Notes under the pieces: model-generated
Database searches by the model: none
Told to the model about the DNA's origin: nothing
Seen by the model: only the letters and a program-made list of their open reading frames with translations
Program-made: the position numbers and the translations under genes
Assembly: GCA_043228905.1 (NCBI GenBank)
Contig: JBHGNT010000009.1
Location: 7,626,001-7,690,000 of the forward strand
Reading direction: 5' to 3'
Length of the DNA: 64,000 nt
Source: Azolla caroliniana
Taxonomy: Eukaryota; Plantae; Polypodiophyta
Shown: positions 1 to 12,062 of the stretch, one piece after another
Position numbering within the stretch: the stretch's first letter is position 1
How the letters are laid out: the number at the start of each line of letters is the position of its first letter

Positions 1-1454
1 TGCCAAACAACCACAAATATCGAGATGGAATTATCATTGTTCGTTGTTCCTCCAAAATCTTGAATCTCTCTAGTCTTATCTAACTTCCAAATGTTAGCCC
101 ATTTACATATCTACCTACTCTTTGTATAAGATAGCTGTTAATTCTCCATTAGTTTCACACACCATCAACATGATGGCCAACAACCTAATCATGGGTGGGT
201 TGATACATTTCTAGGAAGCCCTACCTAAGTTACAAACATTATTTAAGCTTATTCATTATGTAGTTCCTATACCCATGTAATTATGATGTATGAGGGAGAG
301 AATGCATGGAGACAATGTTATGAGATTATCACTCATCAAACATATATAGGGGAATAGAATTACAGAGCCTCTATATGTATATTCCGCAAACTTGCCAAAA
401 AGGAAGAGTGGGACCAATCTTAATGGTTGGTGATGTTTTCTTATCAAACGGAGGCGATTACAAGTCCCATTCTTTGAAAATGTTTTATTTTTCACGATAT
501 ATATTGATTGTTGTTACTCTCGTCGATCACCAAGGGACAACATAGAAGAAATTTGGGGTGGCTCTCTTAGTCTGGCGCCCATAGTGCGTGTCCATCAACA
601 TGCTCACATTGACACATCAAGTGTCGCTTTAGTACCTTGTGATGTATTGAATATATTGAATAGGTAATGCATTAAACACCAAGGTAACCACAAAGGGCAT
701 GCAATTGAAAAATCAATATGAAGAGTTTGGCTATGATCAAGGTCAATTATAATGGATAGGAATGGCTATCTCCATCCATGAGACCATGATGATGCTAATT
801 ACAGTCACTATTATATCAAATAAAGGGCTGGAACATTCCAAGTTGGCTAGGCTTTCAATCATTTTAGGGCTTTGATAACTAAAAGTTTGTCATGTATTTG
901 ATGGTTCTTACCTATACTCCTTTGAACATATGCAAGGTTCCATGTGCACATTGTCATCATCTTCTCCTTATTTTTGAGGGAAATAGTTGGTGTATTGCAT
1001 TGGCACATCTACATGGCCAAGTATGTGTGTGGTGGTTATGGGTGTGATCATGACATCATATGTGTGGTCTTACTTTCAACTACAAATACACAAATGTGAT
1101 GTGTGCGTTATGGAACACACTTCCCAAAAGGAGGACAAAAGTATATATAGAATAAAACAAGGCTCCAATAAGCCATCTCGAGTATGTCACCATCAATGGC
1201 CAAATTGATATATCTATCAAACACTAAGCAATTGCCCTTTATATGATCATGTATTTATTTATAATGTCAAAGGGCATGCAAGAACACCAATATTGAAGTT
1301 TTCTAGTCATTCGTTATGACTTTGTCTTTAAACTTTAGGGTTAAAAAACAAAGCAACTTCACTCAAACAATACACAATTGTCATCTACATGATCATGTAT
1401 TTATAAATTATGCTATGATCAATGTATCTCGAGAAGGTCCATAGGACCCTATCG

Positions 1455-1680
1455 TAGAGACGAAGTGAAGTGTTTCAACTTTGAAGGTCCTCATATAGTA
1501 AGTGAGTGCCAAGTGAAACAAGAATATTACAATCATAACATGGTTTAAATACCTCATTGAGTAACAAACCTACCACATCCACTGAACAAAGGGCACAAAA
1601 CCTCCTAGGCATGGTTCACACAGGAGGAAACATGCAAAGGATGTGGTTATGCTCACACCGTACTTGAGTATCCAAAAGAG
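1455..1680 (+). pseudogene. Highly decayed retrotransposon gag remnant (two zinc-knuckle relics)
   Basis: Manual translation gives EVKCFNFEGPHIVSEC (~1460-1510) and CKGCGYAHTVLEYP (~1633-1675), each a CCHC-like knuckle with one ligand mutated; no long ORF. Confidence 0.35.
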
Positions 1681-2510
1681 AAGAAAATGTTCGACATTAA
1701 CCTATTTGTTGTACCTTCCAAGTTCTGGATACACGTGATCACTTGGCCCCAACTTATCGAACAAAGTCTTAGAAAACAAGAATCTAGGACTCAAAAGAGA
1801 ACTACAAGAGCATAAATAGAGGAAGTTTTGTAATTGCCAATCCATTTCAATGCCAAATGCAAAATCAAAGGGAGATGAACCATGTGATGGACAAAATAGA
1901 AAGCGACCAACATAGCTTAGGAGCTTACCCTAAAACTAAAGAAGAGATTAATAAAGTCAAAGAATATGTTAATCACATGTTACATGTTATGTACATCACA
2001 TAAAACAATACTATTATATTGTTCTTGCTTCCTTTTAATGATGAGCCCCTACTTTCACATGGATGCAATTATGCTTTTGTTTAGATCTCACGTAATGTAC
2101 CATGAATATGTATTTGTAATGATATTATAATGGCACATCCAAATTATTTGTTCAAGGATGGAAATTAGTTTACAAATTGAATTGGAGGGATCATTTGAAT
2201 ATGAAGGGAATTTAACGAAATGAGTTATGCAAGATAATGTATTGATATATTGTGGTTAAAGCATAATGCATGCAAACATCTTTTAATGCTTTGTTAGAAA
2301 ACATTAAACACCTTGATATTTCTTCATATATATATGGTTATTTCCAAACGGTTCGATATCAATTTAAAACATACATATCTATGCAACATTTGGCACAATC
2401 TCATTCATAAGCACATGGGGAAATCCTAGTTGGTGGTCTAGAAATTGGAAGCATATGTCCAGGTACCTCATTCTTGTCAAACCATTCGCATTCAACAAGA
2501 ATCTTGAGTC

Positions 2511-2745
2511 ATGTTTCAGTTCGCTAAGTTTCTTAAGTCCGAGGCAAAGTCGTGGCACACGGCATGCCCACAAGCTTGGATACGGTTTCCCAATTGGAAA
2601 CCCATGGATCACAGACGGTATCTCCCCATGGCCTTTCGCCTTTGGAAGCGTCCTTCCCTCTCAATGCCCAGGCATCCATCCAATACATTCTTTTCAATGC
2701 GGTAGGAGTTGAACCTAGTGAACATCGTACAAAATCTTAATGACT
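2511..2745 (-). pseudogene. rrn26: NUMT: 5' fragment of plant mitochondrial large-subunit (26S) rRNA
   Basis: Minus strand reads AAAGAATGTATTGGATGGATGCCTGGGCATTGAGAGGGAAGGACGC...GGCCATGGGGAGATACCGTCTGTGATCCATGG...CTTAGCGAACTGAAACAT, recognised as the 5' domain of plant mt rrn26. The antisense peptide GYGFPIGNPWITDGISPWPF resembles the known spurious ORF overlapping rrn26. Similarity breaks at 2511. Confidence 0.85.
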
Positions 2746-5700
2746 GTTCTACGATCGCTACTCAACTTGTGACTACTTAAAACCGAGACAAAAAGAAGCC
2801 CACATAGATTTATACGCATTTGCTTCATTTTCCTACTTGGTCTTGGGGTATTAGGTTCATGACCATTTGAAACACAATCCCTTGCCTAAATAAATCTTTT
2901 TTTATGTTTTTGTTTTTGGAAATATAGACAAGGTTTTAACAAGGAAAACATGGAATCTTTCTGCACCAAGTTTGAACAAGATTCATGTCGTTAGCTTCAC
3001 ATGTATAACTTAAGAAAGTACTATTCTTTATTGAAAACTCATAAAATATAAGATGTTGCTTAAACTCGTCGAATCAACCATACATTTACCCATACTTTTT
3101 CTTTAAACAATTTACCTTATTCTGATACATTACATGATAGAAGTTAGCGAATTGATACTTGCATCTAAACCAAGAGATGATGCTTTAAAAACATGGGTAA
3201 AAATGGAATCGATTATTACATGGATAAACATAGTTTAACATATATAGTTGAATAACAATATGCATAAGCCATCATTCAAACAATGTTTTACAATGCTTCC
3301 CCTAAAACTGTAAACATGCAACCCTATCATACATCGTTTTACTTCAAGGAGATTGCTTGCCATTCCAATTAACCTATTCTAAGAAGGGTTGCACCTTGAG
3401 AAATAAACATTCAAGTGTCCAACAACCCATGATACGCTACAAATCTTTGCATAAACATGTTTTACAATCTAAAGAGCATTGACCATGATACAATAATAGA
3501 TGGCATGGCTTGAAACTCTTTTTTCTTATGAGAACGTTGATAATAGTGCTTCCATGTAGTTGGCAAGGGAATTTAATTCTATTAAATCCAATAAATTGGT
3601 ACTTATCTTTTTAAATTTTTGGGATTGTTTAGTTTGTTTGTCTTACAATAACAATGATAATTGGATTACATTACTGTTTCACAAAACAATATTTCAAGAT
3701 ATCCTAAACCTAGAAATGAAAACTTTGAAACGTTGTTTGATTTCATATATATATATATATATATATAGTTCTTGTTCTCCTTTATCCTTAGATTTAAAAC
3801 TTCACATTTGACTCTCTGGTACTTAAATATACACATCATTTCAGTATTCATAACATTCAAAATTCGCATCCTTTTGGCAGACTATTAGTAGCTTTTATCA
3901 ATGATTATATATATACAAACAAAGAGTTGCAAGTGCCAAATAGATCCATTTAAATTTCAAGTTGCTAACACACTTGCTTCTTTAGAGAGCAATGAGCATA
4001 GTCCACCCAAACTTACTTTAATGGGACTCATTGAAATGATGGTAACATATTGTGATTCGTAATTTCTAGATGATCTTATTGCAATAAATGAGGCTGCATT
4101 TGTATGTATTCTCAAGAAAAATCTTCTAGTACAATTTCAATGAGTTCTATGTGTTTAATTACCTTAGTGTTGAACTAAGAAAGGATTTCAATCAAGTATT
4201 AGCCATTCAACAAATAAAGATCAATGAAGTTTTTTTACATGCTTATTAACTATCTTCTTAAAAAACAAGAAAACCACGGTTAGAGGGAATGATTGTTTAT
4301 ATTGTTCCCTCCCTCTCCCTCATTACTCCCATTGTATTATGAGATATACAGATCTACCTTGAATGTTCAACACTAGGATCCCTTTCTTGGCATTAGCAAA
4401 GTAGGGTTATGTGCACAAAGTTTAGCAACAAATCTATGTTGCATTAAGAGATGCGCAAATTTACATCCAACATTTGCCTTGAATTTTCAACACTATGATG
4501 CCTCACTAACCAATAATAGAAGGAGGGTTATGTGCACGAAGTTTAGTTATAAACCTATGGTCCATGCTCATCCCTCTCCATATGAAAGTTATGATTTGAA
4601 GCTTCCTCAAGTTTATTATAATGAGACTAAGGAAGCATTCACTATCTCTATGCTCATAAACCTCGACTATAGGAAATCGGGACTACAAACAACTATTAAG
4701 ATTCCTTTTTGCATTTTGAAACTTGTGGATGTTTAGATGTTATAAAGAACTATTATTTGAGGCAATGAAGAGCACACCTCATTATGTACATTCTTGAGAG
4801 ATGGTGATTTAGAGTGTTAAAGTTGATTTGGAGTAAAATCATCCGACCTTACCAATTGTATTTTCTCTAAAAGCGTTTGTCTCATGCCTTGTATAATTAA
4901 AAAACGACTATTAACAATATGCATAGCCACACCAAACCAAATCAGTTTATTGGTAGATCATCGCAAAATGTGTAATTACATCCACAACAAAATGTTATTG
5001 TATTATGTGATGATTTGTTTTCTCATTTCCCTAGGGGTACTTGAAAATTGTTGAAAGATACCGCGAGGCTTAAATTTCAAGTCATTGGTTACCCACATGT
5101 TCACTTCGAACTTTTCCTATTCCCTTTTTTATTTCTTATAACAATACTTCACATGAGAGACATTTTATAGGGGGTGTTTAATGTAATAAAATGAGTTTAG
5201 ATATCTCGAGAATATAATTCAATCGAAGATGGCAAAGTAAACTATAATATATTTGAACCAAATTCATGTGTTTGGTACAAGTTGTGTTATTTTCATTTCA
5301 GGCATCGCATGTTGACCACTATATGACGGAATGAGGAAATAAAGATGAACACGTCTTACGCTGAATATATTGGGTTTTTTTTCCCTTTTGAAAACAAGGC
5401 TCGGTTGCTTGAAACTATGTGCATCTAATTATCTATTATGTTCATAAAGATGGATGAACACGATAAATTCGATTTGTTTCTATAATGGATTGTCACATGT
5501 GTAGCCAAACATATCCCCTAGGGCTTGATGCAAAGGCACACTAGGTACCAATTAAAGGTTTTGATTGCATCTATGTTGTTATTTCATGGAAACACATGTC
5601 CAACAAATAACTATATTTAAATCATCAATCCAACAACCATAAGACAAAAACATATTGAGTGTGTTACAATATCTCACATGCACACACACACACACACATG

Positions 5701-8700
5701 TTGGCTTTCATGATGATTTCGACTATTGCCTAGATAAGATCTTTGTAATTATCTCGAAAATGAAGATACAAAGGGTTTTAGAAATATGTTGGTACTACAA
5801 ACACATTTTTAATGGGACATGGCCCTTGACAATGTAGTTTCTCACAAATGAAAGTGTGATATACAAGAGTATTTCATTAACCGAGTGTGCACTACTTAAA
5901 CATGATGAAAACAATTTGATCTGTTTAAGCATGTTATATGATCTCCATATGTAAAAAGAGTAACAATTAATGCTTTGTGACTAACCTTGAAAACAATTTG
6001 AAGAAGGCTCATGAACTATAATATTGTTTTGAAATACCACCAAACTTTTATGTTGTTTTGTGGTTCAATAAAGGATGACCATGGTACGTTTTGTTAGCCT
6101 AAATTGATGTAATCAAAATTCCATGCAATGACATGTTTCAAAAAAAAGATATATATTGTCATTGTTATTAGTAGAGTAAAACATTGACTCAAAACTATTG
6201 CCAATTATGCTTGTAATCGCTTAAAGAACACAAAGTACATCTTTATGATCTTCAATAGTTGACTGTTTGCCATTGTAATTGGCCATAGAAGGATAAAAGG
6301 GAAACAATATTGTAAAAATAATCTCCCCATAAATAAGAGCATTTAATTAAGTTTCATGCAATTGATCCCTTGATGTTATAGCAAAAATATTCCATGCATG
6401 CCAAACTATAAGATGACGATTGATGAAAGTGACCAAGTGTCTTGTCACGAGATAGCATGTAGGACTACGAAATGTTACATCAAAGAATACTTCTATATTA
6501 ATGAGAAATGCTAAAGTACATCAATGTCATTATCTTGATTCGATATACACATCTTCTACTTATCAAGCTAGCTCAATGAGATGTGTAGTAGATCAATGTA
6601 CATCAAATGAGTAGCATTATGTTGACATGGAGTCAATATAATGAACAAATAGAGTAGAAACTTTAATAGCAAAAGGAACCATATCATGCCTCAAAAGTCA
6701 AAAGACGGTCAAAGAGCCACACATCGATATACCCACCAACTTGTCAATGAATGCCGAATAAGACAAAAGGTGACATATTTGTAACAAAGATAAATCCTAA
6801 TGCCGAAAATATAACCAAATTTCAGTTAAAGGTTTGTGCTCTACTCTTGATTGGGTATCTCAAGTCGAGACCCAAGCAGCCTTGTAGAAGCCTCGTGTGT
6901 ATTTCTCGAGGGACATATGTGCCTGCATCGTGTTAATCTTAATGAGGATGGATCATAGAATTAGGTGATTAGAGAAATTTTAGTTGTACAAGGTGTAGTA
7001 GGGTAGATAGAAGTGATCCACTAGGTCTTGTACATACCATAAATGTCCATGCTATTTCTACCCTACAATTAATGCATAGTTATGTGTATGCTTGTGACAA
7101 TGTGCTTGACTATAGAATCTTTCTGAAGGTCATATTTTTAGTAACGATGTTGGACCATGGTATGTCCTAATATTTCAAGGAGCTAAATATTTTTGTGTAC
7201 ATACAATTCATCCAATTTGATGACAAACTAACGATTTTGTGTTTGGTTAATAAAAAAATGAAGGTGAATGTTAACAATTTTATTAGGGACAAAGTTAATC
7301 TCAAACTGAGATTATTCTTATGTAATAAGTGCATCATATCAATGATACACATAAGGACTCCAAGGCGTAAAAACCTATCGAAGCACTTAGGCTTTTGTAG
7401 CCTTCACATAAATACATTTTCATAGCAGGAAAACGGAACATATTGTGATCAATTCGTATTAATTCCCTACACAAACTTGTAGGTGATCTCTTCTTCTATT
7501 CATTACTAATGCTTAAGACTTCATGCATGCTCTAACAAGAAGCAACCTTGGGGGCCTCGATTCAAACAATGGCTGGAAAATGAAGCAATCGAGACAACCA
7601 TCCCTAGTGAGGTTGGTTCATACTCCCATTGCAAAAGTGCAAAATCATTTACAATCAATCAAAATGTAAATGAACTTTTATGTTATCTCTCTCATAGACA
7701 CCATCGCCTTCACATGAATTGCATTTAGTAACTTTTGACATAACCGGGTGTGGCTCGACTTACAATCCAACGAAAGAAGAGGCGAGTAAAAACATCCGCC
7801 ATCATCATGAATGCATGGGCCATAGAAAAAAAGAGTGAGGAACTCTAATAATCTATAGCATACAAACAAGAAGCAACTAGAGGTTGGGGCACAACTTAAA
7901 AGTCAAACATACACACAAGGGTGAATCCAAGGTAGATTTGGTGGTGGTGAAGGTAGACAGACCACTAGCCTTTTTTTCATACCCAAATTTAGTGGTGGAG
8001 CATATATAGCGTCTAGAGTCTAATGGGGAGCATAGCTATTAGGCCATGTGCATTTACTACTCACATGAATTGAGTGTGTTAGTATAGTATAGTTTAGTAG
8101 GTGATAGCTGTGGTGGTAGTAGGCCCCCCCCCAAAAAAAAAACACCACTTATGTATTTGAAAACTCTTTCTTCTTTGCTTCATGATGCCATAGTTTCATC
8201 ATATTTATTGTTTTAAATAATTAAATAAATAAAGTATAAATATTATAATATACCACATATGTATGTATAAACTCAATTTCCTAAAGGAAATGAGAGCAAA
8301 AATATTTTGCAAATTGTTTTAATTTAAATGGTTTTGTTTTCTTAGAGAAAAACTCAAATTTGTTTCTATTATTCAAGAAATTCAACTAAACCCTTTCCCA
8401 TTTCATAATTAATGTGAGATAAATTTAATGGATAAAGTTTTTTCAAACAAAAATAAAATAAAATAAAATTTGACGTAATCTCAATTGAAAAACTATTTTT
8501 TCTCTTTAAAGAAATGGAATATAATCAAAGTAAATATATATAAAGGACTAAAAAATAATTATTAAATAATTTATTGCCATTTGGAATATACTGTGTACTG
8601 TTAATAAAAAAAAGCCTTTAAATGTTATAAATAAAAACAAAATATGAGGAGAAAAAATAAAGAAGGAGCTATTTTGTTTTGTTTTTTCCTAAATAGCTAA

Positions 8701-9795
8701 TAACAAAATACGAAAATTAAATGTATTTTTAGAATAAATAATAATAACTATATGATTATTTTAACATAACATACTCGAAGTCAGAAATCCGTTTTGTTTT
8801 TCGTTTTTTCAATTTTTTGTCTTTTGAGTTTTCTGAATTAAAACAATTTAAATTAAAAAAACAAAACGAGAAGAACAAAAATAGTTAATAATGGGAGAGA
8901 AGAGATCTAATTGGGAAAGTAAAGTTGGGGGACCCCTTTTCATCTCATTTGTTTGTTTCCCAAAACAGTAAACAAATACCCCCAAAAAAGAATACATTCG
9001 GAAGGATTGGTTTTGTCCTATTTCCCAAATCTTCATAAATAATAAATAATAAATAATATTAATATTTATAAAAATAATAATCTGGTTGACACGTGGCAAG
9101 CCCTTAACATGTGGCAACTCATACAACTAAACGAGAAATATTAAATAAGCAACCCCTTGAGAGATGAATGTGTGCACTAATCAATCGAGACACTAACTAC
9201 TACTCATACACATGGGTCTCATTGTTGAAACCTTCATGCCTCTCGACTGGTTGACCGGTTTATTTTTCCTTCTTTCCTTGCTTGCTTCAAACTAACAAAA
9301 AAGAGCATACCGAACATTCTCCTGTTTCCATCAATTGTCGTCGTGCAAGCTAGCTTTATCAATCTCCCTGGCTCACATGTCACAGGTTATATGCATGCAA
9401 CTGTTGTTTGGTAGTAGCCATCTGACATTGTATCTTTGGGATTAGAATCGAGACTTAAGTTTCCCAAATGATCCAATCCTTTCAGCTGAACTCTCAAAGG
9501 TCTCCCTCGGGGAAACTTGGATCATCACCTTTCTGGTTTTTGAATTATTGATTACTATACACACCACCAAGAAAGCATAGTATCTATTAAACAAGAACAC
9601 GAAGAAAATAATATATGTCGAAAATTAACAGTGAGATAATAATGAAAATAACAAATAATAATATAGTGTGGCTCTTTTATTCTATTTTGTTGCTAGACTT
9701 TTTGTTTTGGTTTGTTTCGTCTTGAGCCTTGTTTGTATGTGGAAGAGGTAGTTCTTTGAAGTTTGCTAAAGATAGGATTTGAGAGAGAGAGAGAG

Positions 9796-9872
9796 AGAAA
9801 GAAAGAAAGATATATTAACGTCTTCTAAGGCCAAAATTGGCCCATGAGACAAATGGTTTACAATGGTTTACA
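9796..9872 (-). mobile_element. Very short 3' end of the RTEX-like LINE family seen at 51542-56890
   Basis: AGAAAGAAAGA..TATTAACGTCTTCTAAGGCCAAAATTGGCCCATGAGACAAATGGTTTACAA is near-identical to 51546-51612; sits in a (GA)n tract. Confidence 0.75.
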
Positions 9873-9879
9873 AGAGAGA

Positions 9880-11177
9880 GAATTAGAATTTTTATCATCC
9901 ATAAAAAGGCCAATTTTGACCTATGGGACCAGAGTATACATGTGTTCTTGATATGTGTCACCCAAGACATCACCACTATATGTGAGCGTAGGGTAATGAT
10001 GAGGTTGGATGGTTTGCACTACCATCATTTTTATTTTCTCCACATTCACTGCTAGTCCACTACTATGGCAAAATTATTCTAATACCCCAAGTAAATGTTG
10101 CATACTATCAAAACATCATATGAGAAGAGTACCACATCATATGCATATAGAAGCAATAAGATAACATGTTGCATCAATTTGGGGGCATTCAATCCTTCTT
10201 CTCTTAGAACCTTATTCATCACTTCTTCTAATTTATCAATACATAAGCCAAAGAGTGTGGGTGATAGTGGACATCCTTGCTTGACCCCCACGTTACTTAA
10301 AAAGTGCTTTGAGAATCCACTATCCATTTTTAGTTGGCATTTAACTTGTTCATATAGGCGTGCAACAACAACACGTTGTAACTCTAATGGCATGTCAATC
10401 TCTACCATTTTATTCCAAAGCTGACTTCATGGTACGGTATCAAAAACTTTCTTGAAATCAACAAAACAACAATAAAGTGTTTTTCCTTGTAGGCGACTCT
10501 CTTCCATGATTATTCTCAATGTGACCAAATGATCCACATTGGAGTGTTTTGGTCTAAATTTTGCTTGCTCAAGTGCTCTTTTGCTTGTACTTTCAGTCCA
10601 TGTGCTTATCTTTTGCTCCATAATAGTGCTATACAATTTATCAATAGTTGAGCTCAACATTATTGTACGATAATTTGATACTTGATTCTTATCTCCGGCT
10701 TTAAATATTGCTTTAATTCAATTCATAAGCCAATTGTATGGAAATCCTTGTTTTATAGCTTGCTCTATAATTTTATTATCCAATGACGAGTATGTGGCAT
10801 TGTCCATTTTGAAAGCTCACTTGAGACGTAGGTTGCATCTGCTGCTTTCCCACTCGCCATATTCTTTATTCCCTTATTGACATCATCAATATCAATACAT
10901 GTAGTGCATGTTGTTCCAATTTTCTCAACCATAGGAGCCACACCTTCATACATATATACCCTTCATACATAGTCTAACATCTCTTCATTTGTAAAGTGAC
11001 CTTTCACATCTTCTTTCTTACCCTTGAATTGTCCCCATGCTAATTTTGGTTTGAGCTTAAACTAGTTTTTCTTTTTCATCTCTTGCATTTGGAAATATCT
11101 TCTTTTCTTTCTCCTCACTACCTTCTTATGTAGGTGCCATGCAACAATCTTTTCATTTTCCCCGACTTAAACCATTT
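9880..11177 (-). mobile_element. 5'-truncated, internally deleted RTEX-like LINE (family 2), decayed RT
   Basis: ORFs 10427-10660 (CCFVDFKKVFDTVP) and 10079-10408 (GVKQGCPLSPTLFG, LLLYAYD); 3' end matches 24317-24390; flanked by (GA)n on both sides. Confidence 0.85.
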
Positions 11178-11203
11178 GAGAGAGAGAGAGAGATGGTCAA
11201 GAT

Positions 11204-12062
11204 TGATGTAGCTCAGTTGGTAAGGTTGCCCGATGGAGACCAGGAGGTCATGGGTTCAACCCTTACATTTCGTAGTGGCATCTAGTGAATTAAGAGATAT
11301 GTATATATGAAGTATATATATAGAGGGGTTAGTAAAGTTGGGTTTCAAAAGCAAGGCATAATGGCTTGTAGTGTAACAACTTACCACTAGGGTAAGCTAA
11401 TTATGAGCTAGAGAGAAAGAGAATGCCTACATGGATGTAGCTCAGTTGGTAAGGTCACCAGGTAGGCATGGGTTCAACACTTACATTTCGTAATGGCATC
11501 TAGTGAATTAAGAGATATGTATATATGAAGTATATATAGAGGGGTCAATAAAATTGGGTTTCGAAAGCAAGGCATAGTGGCTTGTAGTGTAACAACTTAC
11601 CACTAGGGTAAGCTAATTATGAGCTAGAGAGAAAGAGAATGCCTACATGGATGTAGCTCAGTTGGTAAGGTGGGCGTGGGTTCAACCCTTACATTCCATA
11701 ATGGCATCTAGTAAATTAAGAGATATGTATGAAGTATATATAGAGGGGTGAATAAAATTGGGTTTCGAAAGCAATACATAGTGGCTTGTGGTGTAACAAC
11801 TTACCACTAGGATAAGCTAATTATGAGCTAGAGAGAAAGAGAATGTCTACGTGGATGTAGCTCAGTTGGTAAGGTTGCCTAATGGAGACCAGGTGGGCAT
11901 GGGTTCAACCCCTATATTCCACAATGGCATATTCTCGTGAAATAAGAGATATCTATAATGTAATCGAGAGGTGAGAAAATTGGGTTTCAAACCCAAGATG
12001 TAGTGCTAGTAGTGTGAACCACTTAGCACTAGGGTAACCTAATTACAATAAGAGAAAGAGAA
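11204..12062 (+). repeat. Tandem array of four ~205-230 bp tRNA-derived (SINE-like) units
   Basis: Units start at ~11204, 11433, 11649 and 11853. Each has A-box TAGCTCAGTTGG, B-box GGTTCAAC(C/A)C and ends in AGAGAAAGAGAATG. Confidence 0.8.

Noticed and set aside
2379-2740. Cluster of overlapping 62-85 aa ORFs
   Set aside because: Shadow translations of the rrn26 NUMT, not proteins.
3000-9200. Short ORFs and possible DNA-transposon relics in the AT-rich region
   Set aside because: No recognisable motifs, termini or TSDs could be established by eye.
9455-9530. Possible miRNA hairpin (AAGTTTCCC...TGATCCAA versus GGGAAACTTGGATCA)
   Set aside because: The complementary blocks are in permuted order and cannot form one continuous stem.
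11204-12062. Functional tRNA genes or a CRISPR-like array
   Set aside because: Anticodon arms are degenerate or deleted, and whole units repeat with no unique spacers and no cas genes.
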